From: an uncultured virus (IMG/VR IMGVR_UViG_3300017814_000173)
Lineage: Duplodnaviria > Heunggongvirae > Uroviricota > Caudoviricetes
Virus record (IMG/VR): IMGVR_UViG_3300017814_000173
Strand: one strand, 5' to 3'
DNA length: 64,000 bases
Below, piece by piece: positions 54,856-64,000 of the stretch. The notes under the pieces are model-generated. The model ran no database searches. It had not been told where the DNA came from and saw only the letters and a list, made by a program, of their open reading frames with translations. The position numbers and the translations under genes are program-made. How positions within the stretch are numbered: the first letter of the stretch is position 1; each line of letters starts with the position of its first letter.

Positions 54856-57351
54856 TCAATACTGCGTCACATCGAACAGCGTCGGCACCGTGCGCTCGTC
54901 TTCCGCATCCTGCAGATAGCGCACGCCTTCGTCGAACGAGATCGGATCGAGTTCGAAGCCGATTCCCGATCGCCCCAGCTTGACCGCCATGTAGGGCACG
55001 GTCATCAACCCGCCGAACGGGTCCAGCACCGTTTCTCCCGGGTTGGTGTAACGGGTGATGATCCGCTCCGGAATATCGAACGGCAGCGGACAGATATGCT
55101 GCTGGCGGTTGTGTTGGCTCTGCAGCGTGTTCAGCGTCCGGCACCTGGTCACGTCGGTCCAGACGTCCGGATGCAAACTTTCCGGCGTCAGCATCGCAAA
55201 CTTCTTCGAAATCCGGTCCGCCTGTTCCAGCCGGTCGCCGATCGCCACATGGTCGTGGTAGTCGTAGACCGTCGATCTGGAATAGGCTTTGAACTGTTCC
55301 TGCACCGAGCTCATGTCCAGTCCCTGCAATTCGTCCGCCGTCGGAAAACGGTTTCCGCTGGACCGCCAGTAACCGGCGGCGTCGATCTGCCACCGCGCCA
55401 GACTGTAATCCGCCGCGTCGCGGATCACCGGAACGTCGGCATAGGAGCGGCCGGTGTCGGTCGGCAGCTTACGGAACAGCAGCACGTATTCCGGCAGGCC
55501 GACGCCCATCTTGGTCCCGTCTTTCCGCATCTCGGAATAACCCAGCCGGTAAGTCTGGTTGTTTTCGCGGACCACGTCGGTCACGATGGTGATGCGGCCG
55601 CAATAGATGAAGCCGTGTTTGCAGAACGCCGCCCGGGTGTCGTCGCTGAACGGGTACAGACTGGCCATGCCCAGACCGGAAAAATTGCCGGGGACGATCC
55701 GATCCTTGACGTGCACCGCGCAGATCCGGCCCGGCATCAACACCCGCAGCAGCTCCGGAATCAAAAAATCCAGCTGCCGGAAAAAATCCGCGTTGGTCAG
55801 ATTGTGGCCGAAATCGAAATAGCTGTTGCTGTACTCATATTGAATACTGAACGGAAACGACGAGCAGATCAGGTGCACGGAATTTTCCGGCAATGCCGCC
55901 GTTTCCACCACGCAATCATGGTTGACCGCCCGGAAAAACTGGCCTTTGACTTCGCGGCGCTGAAGCTGCAACGACCGGCCGCTGCGGATTGTGTCGGCAT
56001 TGGATAAGCCGTATTGTTTAATCAACGCGCTCATCTTCTCCTGCAACGCGTCATACTTGCGCCACTTTTCCTTGAAGCGCGAGACGATCTCGCTTTCGCT
56101 TTCCGCATAGATGAAATAGATGTTGACTTCCCGCGTCTGCAGATAGCGGTAAATCCGGTGCACCGCCTGAATCGCGTCGCGGAATTTGAAACCGACGCCG
56201 AGAAAGATCGCCGTTGCGCAATGGCGCTGAAAATTGGTCCCGGCGCCGCTGATGCTTGGCTTGGTCGCCAGGTACTGGAATTCACCGTCGGTGAACTGCT
56301 CCGTCAGCAGTTCCCGGGTGTCGAGATCAAGCGAGCCGTAGACTTCCCGGCAGGACGGTACCGCCTTTTTTACCGCCCGGCGCTCTTCTTCCAGATCGTG
56401 CCAGAGAATAACGTGTTCGTCGGGATGGGCTTGCAAAATCTGCTTCATCCGCGTGATGCGATCGGCCAGCGTCCAGTGTTTTTCGTGGGCGGCGTCTTCC
56501 AGACTGAGCGCGGCGTCGCGATAGAGCTTACCCTGACCGTCCCGGTCGAACCCGGCGGACCGGTGATCGACGTTGACGCATTCCCAGTGAATTTTCAGCG
56601 GCGGCAGTTCGTAACCTTCGTCGGAATAGCCCAGTTCGGACGGCTTTTGCAGAAACAGTCCCCAGCTCCGGCACCAGAGCCAGAAATCTTTCTCCTTGCC
56701 CGGCAGCAGCGTCAGATGATCGGCCTTGCTGGAGTCGCGGCGAAAGAACCGGGTCTTGGCCTGGTTCTTATCCATCACGCCGAGAAACGCGGCATAAAAG
56801 ATCAGTTCGATATAATCGTTCGGACTTGGCGTCGCGGTGGCGATGAACCGGTACGGCACCTTCTGCGCCCGGGTGATAAACTCATGGTGGGTCTTGCTGT
56901 CGTCGGACCGCAACACGTCGCCTTCGTCCAGCGTGATCGCGGTAAACTGGTCCAGCGTGATGGCGCCGTCGCGCACCCGTTCGTAGTTGGTCAGCAGAAT
57001 ATCCGCGTCGGACGCCTGGATTTCCGCGTCGCAAGTCACATAAGCGGTCGTCAGGCGCAATTGCCGGTCGCCGGCGGTCCGGAACTGGGAACGCACGCCC
57101 AGCGGACACACTACTAACACTTTGCCGCCGCAATGCTGCTTGATCAGCCGCAGAATTTCCATCTGCATCAGCGTTTTGCCGAGGCCGAACCGCAGGAACA
57201 GCGCCCGGCATCCGCCGCCCACCGCCCAGATCACGCCGTCCGCCTGATGCGGTTTCAGCAGCGGATTGATTTCCGCGCGCGTCACCGCAAAGCCCCGGTC
57301 CTGCGCCAGCGTGATCTTGTTCCGGATGAATTGTTGATAATCGGCGTTCAT
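54856..57351 (-). CDS. SF2/SNF2-like helicase fused to an N4/N6 DNA methyltransferase
   Basis: GLGKT, LDEGD, TATP, QAVHRIYR; CSSFPF, HICPL, DPFGGLMT. Confidence 0.88.
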   Translation of the reverse strand: MNADYQQFIRNKITLAQDRGFAVTRAEINPLLKPHQADGVIWAVGGGCRALFLRFGLGKTLMQMEILRLIKQHCGGKVLVVCPLGVRSQFRTAGDRQLRLTTAYVTCDAEIQASDADILLTNYERVRDGAITLDQFTAITLDEGDVLRSDDSKTHHEFITRAQKVPYRFIATATPSPNDYIELIFYAAFLGVMDKNQAKTRFFRRDSSKADHLTLLPGKEKDFWLWCRSWGLFLQKPSELGYSDEGYELPPLKIHWECVNVDHRSAGFDRDGQGKLYRDAALSLEDAAHEKHWTLADRITRMKQILQAHPDEHVILWHDLEEERRAVKKAVPSCREVYGSLDLDTRELLTEQFTDGEFQYLATKPSISGAGTNFQRHCATAIFLGVGFKFRDAIQAVHRIYRYLQTREVNIYFIYAESESEIVSRFKEKWRKYDALQEKMSALIKQYGLSNADTIRSGRSLQLQRREVKGQFFRAVNHDCVVETAALPENSVHLICSSFPFSIQYEYSNSYFDFGHNLTNADFFRQLDFLIPELLRVLMPGRICAVHVKDRIVPGNFSGLGMASLYPFSDDTRAAFCKHGFIYCGRITIVTDVVRENNQTYRLGYSEMRKDGTKMGVGLPEYVLLFRKLPTDTGRSYADVPVIRDAADYSLARWQIDAAGYWRSSGNRFPTADELQGLDMSSVQEQFKAYSRSTVYDYHDHVAIGDRLEQADRISKKFAMLTPESLHPDVWTDVTRCRTLNTLQSQHNRQQHICPLPFDIPERIITRYTNPGETVLDPFGGLMTVPYMAVKLGRSGIGFELDPISFDEGVRYLQDAEDERTVPTLFDVTQY

Positions 57352-57746
57352 GCTTTAATCTCACCTTTGTTTTCCACGTGCTGACCATCATCCGTTGCGG
57401 CGAAATGCTTCAGCGGATGATCGCCTTCACCGAACTCCAGCATACACAGATTGGCCACGTCGACCAGGTGTTCAGTGTTGCCGGATTGTCGGTAATGCTC
57501 TAACCGCCGAATCATTGATGTCACCCGGTCGTATTGCCGCTTTCGTTCCAGATTGACAAAGTTCAACCCGTAACGGAATGCGCCTATCACCAGCCGATTC
57601 CGCATCAGCCGTTCGAATTCCGGCAACCATTCCGACTGCCGCAACCGTTCCGGATTCAGACGGCGGGAATCGGTATATTCCGAACCGTCCGGCTTCATGC
57701 CGCGCGAAACAAAGAAGTGGGCGCGGATTACATCATGATCGAACAT
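57348..57746 (-). CDS. Possible MazG-like / dNTP diphosphohydrolase-fold protein
   Basis: FRYG...Y...GNTEHLVDVANLCMLEF. Confidence 0.5.
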   Translation of the reverse strand: MFDHDVIRAHFFVSRGMKPDGSEYTDSRRLNPERLRQSEWLPEFERLMRNRLVIGAFRYGLNFVNLERKRQYDRVTSMIRRLEHYRQSGNTEHLVDVANLCMLEFGEGDHPLKHFAATDDGQHVENKGEIKA

Positions 57747-57748
57747 GG

Positions 57749-58585
57749 TTATTCCTCCAGTAACGCCGCGTCATATTGAATAGCGGACGGGAAGTCCGGC
57801 AGGATAACCAGCATCTTCATGATCTGCCGCATCTGCGGATGGGCTGCTTTAGACAACCGCAACTTCAAAACATCTTCCCACTGACTGAACGTTGCGGTCA
57901 TGATGATTTCCGTTTTTAGCGAGTTCGGCAAAAGCGACCGCGCTTCCTGCGGTGAGCAACCGACTTCGGTCATGCGCTTGTACCGAATGGCCGAATCATC
58001 CATTTGCGCCAGCCAATCGCAGGCCGCCGGAAAAATATCTTCCGCCCCTTGCAAATCATCGGCATCATAAATACCGACCGGAATGCTCTCTGCCCAGTCA
58101 AAACACGGTTTGATGAAAGTCATCTCGCTGGAGTAGTTGCAATACCGGGTAGATTCCTGACTGGGAGATACAACACGCGAACGAACCAATTCATGACTGA
58201 CGCCCCGATCACAGATGAAGCGTACAGTCAGATAATCATCGGCTTCATGACATTCGGCAAGTTCATCGATCGTGCCGCCAAAGAAAATGAAATCGCGGGC
58301 GTTCATTGCTACCATCGCGCCGTTGTCTTTGCACCGCGACTCAAAACCATAAGGAACGCTTTCTCCCCATGTGATATTTTCATCAACCCATTCTCGAGGA
58401 ACCTGAATTCGCGCATGTTCCAGCACCGACGTATGGCCGCGCTGAATAATGCGTTCGACAAAGCCGCGTGCGCTGTCGGTGGTAATTTTGTCCTCGCTCT
58501 TGTAGCAGACCCGGCCGCACAGCTCAATTTTCTTAAGCGGATCCGGTTCGTGAATAATTTCCGCACTCGGTTCAATGATTCTCAT
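57749..58585 (-). CDS. thyX: FAD-dependent thymidylate synthase
   Basis: GRVCYKS, GHTSVLEH, DRGVSHELVRSR..S.SQESTRY, EARSLLP, AHPQMR. Confidence 0.92.
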   Translation of the reverse strand: MRIIEPSAEIIHEPDPLKKIELCGRVCYKSEDKITTDSARGFVERIIQRGHTSVLEHARIQVPREWVDENITWGESVPYGFESRCKDNGAMVAMNARDFIFFGGTIDELAECHEADDYLTVRFICDRGVSHELVRSRVVSPSQESTRYCNYSSEMTFIKPCFDWAESIPVGIYDADDLQGAEDIFPAACDWLAQMDDSAIRYKRMTEVGCSPQEARSLLPNSLKTEIIMTATFSQWEDVLKLRLSKAAHPQMRQIMKMLVILPDFPSAIQYDAALLEE

Positions 58586-58610
58586 AGTTTTTGCTTTCCT
58601 TGTTGGCGAA

Positions 58611-58850
58611 TTAAAGTGCTTCGAGTTCTGCTTCGAGTTTAGCTTTATGGGCTTTTAAATTATCGATGTGATAAAGCTTTAACATCTTAGTTTCCAGATC
58701 ATCGCTGAAAAAATAAAAGGACCGACTATCATCATTATCTCTGACCTCAAGATAAAATCGTTTGCAGGATTCGAGTTGTTTCAAGCGATTTTCTGTACTT
58801 GCAAGTAAATCTGCTATTTCTTTGGCCCGGTTAACATTTTCTCGTTTCAT
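58611..58850 (-). CDS. Hypothetical protein (AT-rich)
   Basis: RBS AAGGA. Confidence 0.55.
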   Translation of the reverse strand: MKRENVNRAKEIADLLASTENRLKQLESCKRFYLEVRDNDDSRSFYFFSDDLETKMLKLYHIDNLKAHKAKLEAELEAL

Positions 58851-58868
58851 CTTTTTTTATCCTTGAGT

Positions 58869-60701
58869 TTAAAATGGAATGTCGTTTTCACTCATATCGA
58901 TATTGAAAGCACTATCATACTTTTTCAGCGGCGTCGAAGCGGAATCCTGAATATTGTTTTCCCCATGCCCCGTCCGCATGGCCGCCAGGATGCCCGAACC
59001 CCGTTTAGCCGGAACGGGATTGGCCGGAATGGAATCCAGAATCGCATCGTTCCAGCCCGGCTCCGGCGTGAATTCCGGGATCGGCCCGAACTCGTAGCCG
59101 GTCACCCGGTCGAACTTGTCGCCGGTCACGGTCTTGACCGTAATTTTTTTGACCGGAGCCAGCGCGCCTTCCCGAATGAACACCAGCGCGGTAATCACAT
59201 CGTTCGGCACCGGCGCTTTCGACCGCTCTTTCCACCAGCGCACGAACTTGTCCCGGGCATAGCCGGTGTGCTGCGGGCAAACCCATTCCGACTGAAACCG
59301 GTTGAACCCGATCTCATAGTCGACCTGCACGGTCGGCGGCGCGGACGGGTCGGAATATTTCTCGTGCTCGGAGAACAGCGTCTTGTAGACCGGATACTCC
59401 ACGTAGCTCACCTGGCCGCTGATAATCCCGGCCGTGGTGGCCTTGCCGTCATGCGGGACCACGGTCACTTTGGGGAACTCGTAGCCGCAGTCCGGGCAGA
59501 TCTGATAGCATACGTGGATCACCGAATTGCACTTCGGACACTTCTTGACCGCCGGCGGCCCCGGTTCCCGGTCGCGGTCGCCGCGATGCCGCCGCTGCTC
59601 CGCCTCCAGCATGTCCACCGGACCGTGCCGCATGATGTTGCCACCGAAGTCCAGAATCAGACAATTTTCCTTGCCCGGCGACCGCCGGAAGCCGCGGCCC
59701 ACCATCTGGTAATACAACCCCGGCGAATGGGTCGGCCGCAACAGCGCCACACAATCGACATTCGGCGCGTCGAAACCGGTGGTCAGGACATTGACGTTTA
59801 ACAGATACTTGATTCCGCCGGCTTTGAACTGCTCCAAGTTCTCCGCCCGTTCCGCCGCCCCGGTTTCACCGCTCACGGTGCGGATGACCGCGCCCGGCGC
59901 TTGCGCCTGCAGCAGTTCCGCCACGTGGCGCATATGTTCGACCGAGGCGCAGAAAATCAGAATCGACCGGCGCGACGCCGTGTATTCGCCAATCTCCCCG
60001 ACCGCCTGCCGGATCACCGCGTCGTTATCCATCAGCGCCGCCACCTCGGTATTGATGAATTCGCCGCCGCGAACGTGCAGGTTGCCGGTATCGACTTCGC
60101 CTTTTGCAGCTTTGGAAGCCAGCGGCGACAGGTAGCCTTTGACGATCAGCTCCTTGACGCCGATCTCATAACAGATATGATTCAGCAGGTTGCCGTCTTC
60201 GCAGATTTCGCCGGAACTCATCCGGTACGGCGTGGCGGTCAGGCCGATCATCCGCACGTTCGGATTGACCGTCTTGGCATCCTGCAGAAACTGCCGGTAC
60301 ATGCCTTCGCCGTCCGGCGGGATCAGGTGGGCCTCGTCGATGACGACCAGATCGAACTTGCCGACCTCGCAGGCGTGCCGGAAAATACTCTGAATCCCGG
60401 CGATCACCACGTCGCCGTCGGCATCCTTGCTGCCCAGCCCGGCGGAATAGATGCCGGTCCGGTTCAGCAGCTCCGGCGCCATGACGGTCAGTTTGTCGGC
60501 CGCCTGTTCCAGCAATTCCTTGACGTGCGCCAGCAGCAGCACCCGGCCATGCCATTTCAATACGGAATCTTTGATCAGCGTGGCAATTACCGGCGTTTTG
60601 CCGCCGCCGGTGGGAATGACCACGCACGGATTGTCGGTCCGCGTCCGCAGATGTTCATAGACCGCGTTGACCGCGTCCTGCTGATAATAGCGCAATTCCA
60701 T
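58869..60701 (-). CDS. DEAH-box SF2 helicase (RadD/YejH-like) with Zn finger
   Basis: PTGGGKT, DEAH, TATP, TTGFDAP, QMVGRG.R, CPKC...CPDC. Confidence 0.93.
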   Translation of the reverse strand: MELRYYQQDAVNAVYEHLRTRTDNPCVVIPTGGGKTPVIATLIKDSVLKWHGRVLLLAHVKELLEQAADKLTVMAPELLNRTGIYSAGLGSKDADGDVVIAGIQSIFRHACEVGKFDLVVIDEAHLIPPDGEGMYRQFLQDAKTVNPNVRMIGLTATPYRMSSGEICEDGNLLNHICYEIGVKELIVKGYLSPLASKAAKGEVDTGNLHVRGGEFINTEVAALMDNDAVIRQAVGEIGEYTASRRSILIFCASVEHMRHVAELLQAQAPGAVIRTVSGETGAAERAENLEQFKAGGIKYLLNVNVLTTGFDAPNVDCVALLRPTHSPGLYYQMVGRGFRRSPGKENCLILDFGGNIMRHGPVDMLEAEQRRHRGDRDREPGPPAVKKCPKCNSVIHVCYQICPDCGYEFPKVTVVPHDGKATTAGIISGQVSYVEYPVYKTLFSEHEKYSDPSAPPTVQVDYEIGFNRFQSEWVCPQHTGYARDKFVRWWKERSKAPVPNDVITALVFIREGALAPVKKITVKTVTGDKFDRVTGYEFGPIPEFTPEPGWNDAILDSIPANPVPAKRGSGILAAMRTGHGENNIQDSASTPLKKYDSAFNIDMSENDIPF

Positions 60702-60703
60702 TT

Positions 60704-61102
60704 CTACAGTAACGTTCCTTGAGTTGGGGATTGAGTTTTGTTGTCGCGTTCGCTGATTTTAAGGTAGAGCAGCCCGGCCGGGGCCATCGGCTCCCGCATT
60801 TCCGCCTCGATCCGCTTGACCTGCACGTCATCGTCATAGGCGTTGGCGTGAGTCAAGGCATCGAGCAACGGCTTGAACAGGTTGTCCAGGTCCCGGCGCC
60901 GCCGGTCCGGCGGATAGACGTCCACCGCCAGCAGCAGCGGCCCTTGCAGTTTGGGCTGGCCGCGAATCGAGCCGGCCACCTGCTCCCGGTACCGCAGACC
61001 CTCTTTGCTGATCAGGGTCTGCGGCCCGACGCGCCGCCAGTAGTGGTTAACGCTGGGCGGATAGGGCAATTCGGCTTCGATCCGGTTCACTTTCTGGCCC
61101 AC
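60704..61102 (-). CDS. rusA: RusA-family Holliday junction resolvase
   Basis: LPYPPSVNHYWR, PPDRRRRDLDNLFK..LDAL...DD.QV. Confidence 0.92.
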   Translation of the reverse strand: MGQKVNRIEAELPYPPSVNHYWRRVGPQTLISKEGLRYREQVAGSIRGQPKLQGPLLLAVDVYPPDRRRRDLDNLFKPLLDALTHANAYDDDVQVKRIEAEMREPMAPAGLLYLKISERDNKTQSPTQGTLL

Positions 61103-61533
61103 GGCGCCGCGTCATTGACCGGCTGCGGCGGCCGGGCGTTGGCCTGGCGCGACGCATAACCCTTGATCTCGTTGCGGATATCGCCGTTGGCATCCTTGCT
61201 CAACTTGACCTTGATCACCATCGGCAGATTGTGCAGTTCAACCGAATCTTTCGGTTGCATCACGCCCACCGCCCGGCAGACGGCGGACAACTCGCCCCGG
61301 GCAATTCGGACCGCGTCGCTGTTCGGATTGTCGAGATTGAGATTGTTGAACAGCTTCCGGCCTTTGTGGTCGCCGGCGATGATCTCGAACGTCAGTTTCA
61401 GAAAATGGCCGTTCTTGTTTTTGTTCTCCTTCATTTCCGATTCGGTGATGACAGCCTCGTAATCGCCTTCGGGGATCGGGTCGAACCCCACGTTCGGTTC
61501 CACCGTGTTCGCATCGAAATTCAGCGTTGCCAT
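61087..61533 (-). CDS. DUF669-family putative ssDNA-binding protein
   Basis: FDPIPEGDYEAVI...LKLTFEII.G..KGRKLF; NEIKGY. Confidence 0.82.
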   Translation of the reverse strand: MATLNFDANTVEPNVGFDPIPEGDYEAVITESEMKENKNKNGHFLKLTFEIIAGDHKGRKLFNNLNLDNPNSDAVRIARGELSAVCRAVGVMQPKDSVELHNLPMVIKVKLSKDANGDIRNEIKGYASRQANARPPQPVNDAAPWARK

Positions 61534-61561
61534 ACTTATGGTTCCTTTCTAATTTGGGAAG

Positions 61562-62311
61562 TTATTTCTGCGGCGCGAGGGCGGCCATGAATGCCGACCA
61601 CGACAGCGGCAGTTCGTCCGGCAGGTTGTAGCGGTTCTTGGCCATCACGTCGGGCCCGCCGACCGTCCGCATGATCCGTTCGCCGCCGTTCGCGCCGATC
61701 GCGTGAGCAATCGTCCGGTCGCCTTCCTTTTCCAGCCGGATGCGCCGGGTGGCGTAAAAGATCGCGTCCACCCATTCCGTCAGCATGGTCATCGCCAGCT
61801 TCTGCATCCGTGGCACCATCTGGTCGTAGGTCGAAGCGGTCGGGTCGCGGAACGGCCGGATGTCCGAGTGGGCCAGGAAGATCACCGCCATATTCTTCTG
61901 CTGGCGCAACATGCCCAGTTTGTCCAGCAGTTCCGACCAGCAGTTGAGCGCGTTCTTGTAACCGTTGCCCCAGCCGCCGTCGGCCTTTTCAATCACCGAG
62001 ACGCCGAATCGCTTGCAGACCGCGTCGAAAATCAGTTTTTCCAGCCAGTCGGCGCTGTCGATCACCACCGTTTGAAACTGGTGATCTTCGCGCAACAGCG
62101 TGTTCAGATAGTCATCGATCTGCTCGAGACTGGTCGCTAGCGGAAAACGGCTGCAGTCCACCTGATTCTGGCCGTCTTCGGTCGGGATAAAGATCGGGTT
62201 GGGCGCACTGGCGCCGAACGTGGTCTTGCCGATGCCTTCGGGACCGTGCAGCAGAATCCGCGGCGGCGGAAACTGCTTGCCGGTAATAATCGTTTTCAAC
62301 AATGATTCCAT
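61562..62311 (-). CDS. Sak4-like (AAA_24) ATPase / annealase
   Basis: HGPEGIGKTT, TVVIDS.DWLE, AH, EWVD, AKNR. Confidence 0.88.
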   Translation of the reverse strand: MESLLKTIITGKQFPPPRILLHGPEGIGKTTFGASAPNPIFIPTEDGQNQVDCSRFPLATSLEQIDDYLNTLLREDHQFQTVVIDSADWLEKLIFDAVCKRFGVSVIEKADGGWGNGYKNALNCWSELLDKLGMLRQQKNMAVIFLAHSDIRPFRDPTASTYDQMVPRMQKLAMTMLTEWVDAIFYATRRIRLEKEGDRTIAHAIGANGGERIMRTVGGPDVMAKNRYNLPDELPLSWSAFMAALAPQK

Positions 62312-62323
62312 GCTTTCTTATCC

Positions 62324-62584
62324 TTATTTTGCGGGGTTAAAGTTTTTGTGTGAGGCGGCCGGACGGGTTATGATCCATTTCCGCAACCGCCGGCGCATCC
62401 AGATTCCGGTATAGCGGCCGGTGTGATGATGATATCCCGTGGCGCGATCAATGGAAACAATTTCCCGACCGCCGACGGTTCGATGAAAACATTCCGGTAT
62501 ATTTTTCGTCAGAATCTGCACGCTGCGCGGATTTTCCGTGCCGTGCCGCAACGCGGTTCGAATTGTTTTGCGAAAAAACTTCAT
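62324..62584 (-). CDS. Hypothetical basic protein
   Basis: Fills the gap in the operon. Confidence 0.45.
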   Translation of the reverse strand: MKFFRKTIRTALRHGTENPRSVQILTKNIPECFHRTVGGREIVSIDRATGYHHHTGRYTGIWMRRRLRKWIITRPAASHKNFNPAK

Positions 62585-63850
62585 TTATTGCTGCTCCGTT
62601 TTAGGTTGAGTTTGAACGGACGGCGCGACCATGCCGTCCTCGATGATGACCGAGCATTCCGCGCCCTTGGAAACGCGGGTGGTGATGGCCTGCATGCCTT
62701 GATCCTGCAGCCACCGGCCAAACTGGTCCAGCGTGGTCATATCCATCTGTTCCAGACCGTCGATCAGCACAAAGCCGCAGTCCGGGTTCATCTGCCGCAC
62801 GATCGAGGTGGCCACGACCAATTGATCGGATCCGCTCAGACAGTCCCATTGACGATTCTGATAGAGCAGTTCGCCGTTGGCAATCGTCAGCCCGTCGAGC
62901 GGCAGCTTAACGCTGCTCAGTAACGCCAGCCGGGCGGCGCGCACGTCGTCGATCTGCTTGCCCAAGGTTTGATAGCGGGTGGTCAAATCAAGCGCGTCCT
63001 TGGCCGCTTTGGCCTTATCTTCGTTGGCGCGAATTTTGATGTTCAGCGCTTCGTTGTCGGTCAGTTGTTTTTCGATTGCCGCCAGATCGGGCAACGCCGA
63101 CTGTTCGGCCAGAAACTTGGTTCCGGCCTCCACCGTTTCGCGCAACTTGGCTACTTGTTCCGTCAGCCGGACCAGCGCCGCTTCCTGATCGGCCAACTGC
63201 TTCTGATCGGCTTCGTGCATCGCGGTCAGGCGCTGGCGTTCGGCAATCGTTTTCGCGGCGGTATCGCGACGTTGCAGCAATTCGGACAATGTGACCGGAA
63301 CGGCGGGGACATCGTCATATTTCGGCAAGCTCTGGGCGTACGCCGTTTTGCTCTTGTTTTCGCGTCCGGTCAACGTCCGTTCGTTTTCCAGATACTGTTC
63401 CTGGGCATCGAATTGCAGCAGTTCTTTTTCGTGGCCGATCACCTGCAGCAGATACGATGCCTTTTCCTTGGCCGAGGCGTTGATGAATTTGGAGAGATCG
63501 AGCGACAGCAGATTGATAATCTGGCGCAGGTCGCTTTCTTTGCCGCTGGTGAAGCCGTTCGGCGCGGTGATTTTCAGGTAGCCCGGTTCGCCGTGCCGTT
63601 CCACGATCAACCCGTTCGACAACGCAACTTTGACTTGCGGATCGGCTTCCGAGCCTTCGCGTTTGACCGAACTCGGCGCGGCGGTCTTGCCGATCAGCGC
63701 CCACTTGATGGCGTCCAGCACGCTGCTCTTGCCCTGACGGTTGTCGCCGCCCAACACCAGCAGCGCCTTGCCGTCGCAGGACACTTCCACCACTTTAACG
63801 CGCTTGACGTTCTCCACTTCAAAGCTGATAATTTTCGTCGGATCGCTCAT
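62585..63850 (-). CDS. SMC/Rad50-like coiled-coil ATPase
   Basis: ENVKRVK, GDNRQGKSS, LSGS, LIDGLE. Confidence 0.85.
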   Translation of the reverse strand: MSDPTKIISFEVENVKRVKVVEVSCDGKALLVLGGDNRQGKSSVLDAIKWALIGKTAAPSSVKREGSEADPQVKVALSNGLIVERHGEPGYLKITAPNGFTSGKESDLRQIINLLSLDLSKFINASAKEKASYLLQVIGHEKELLQFDAQEQYLENERTLTGRENKSKTAYAQSLPKYDDVPAVPVTLSELLQRRDTAAKTIAERQRLTAMHEADQKQLADQEAALVRLTEQVAKLRETVEAGTKFLAEQSALPDLAAIEKQLTDNEALNIKIRANEDKAKAAKDALDLTTRYQTLGKQIDDVRAARLALLSSVKLPLDGLTIANGELLYQNRQWDCLSGSDQLVVATSIVRQMNPDCGFVLIDGLEQMDMTTLDQFGRWLQDQGMQAITTRVSKGAECSVIIEDGMVAPSVQTQPKTEQQ

Positions 63851-63876
63851 CTTTTCCTTATCCTTATGATTTGTTT

Positions 63877-63999
63877 TCAGTTCAGGCCGTGGCCGATCGC
63901 TCGGCGCAACTCGTCGGCATCGATCCCGCTGCGGCTGCCGATTTTGACCTTGTGCAGCCGCCCGGCATTGATGTGCCGGTACAGCGTCATGGTCGAGAT
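63877..63999 (-). CDS. Partial excisionase-like (HTH_17) protein
   Basis: ISTMTLYRHINAGRLHKVKIGSRSGIDADELRRAI; runs off the window edge. Confidence 0.7.
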   Translation of the reverse strand: MSTMTLYRHINAGRLHKVKIGSRSGIDADELRRAIGHGLN

Positions 64000-64000
64000 G

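Larger units (their letters stand above)
5667..64000 (-). mobile_element. Prophage (siphovirus-like; lambda-type portal and GpA-type terminase), extends beyond the window
   Basis: Co-oriented head, tail, packaging and replication modules ending at a tRNA 3' end. Confidence 0.95.

Overview
The window has three parts. (1) 1-3470 is the decayed end of an integrative element: a partial ParB-like gene, a 300-N assembly gap, an IS630-family element with a -1 frameshift, and a C-terminally truncated DUF6538-type tyrosine integrase beside tRNA-Leu(CAG). (2) 3532-5666 is a short host segment, recJ between two divergent tRNA-Leu genes. (3) ~5667 to >64000 is a long-tailed (siphovirus-like) prophage inserted at the 3' end of tRNA-Leu(TAA). 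It is encoded almost entirely on the minus strand, and its far end and integrase lie outside the window. Read from right to left it carries recombination and replication genes, ThyX, three DNA methyltransferases, a primase, a split sigma-like pair, a candidate cos site, terminase, portal, a protease-capsid fusion, the tail, and an atypical lysis/accessory block. The most notable feature is an ~8 kb AT-richer island (30630-38820) between terminase and portal. It has two inward-facing, near-consensus sigma70 promoters, each with a palindromic operator in the spacer, and each operon ends in a small HTH gene. One operon encodes SNF2 helicase, a methyltransferase-like protein, a PAPS-reductase-like (IbrA/DUF3440) protein and a ParB-like protein, a candidate DNA-modification or anti-defence system. 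The other encodes a very acidic small protein and an HTH in an acr-aca-like layout. All family calls come from motif recognition by eye; no database searches were run. The host is not determinable here, although the gene style suggests a PVC-superphylum bacterium (weak inference).
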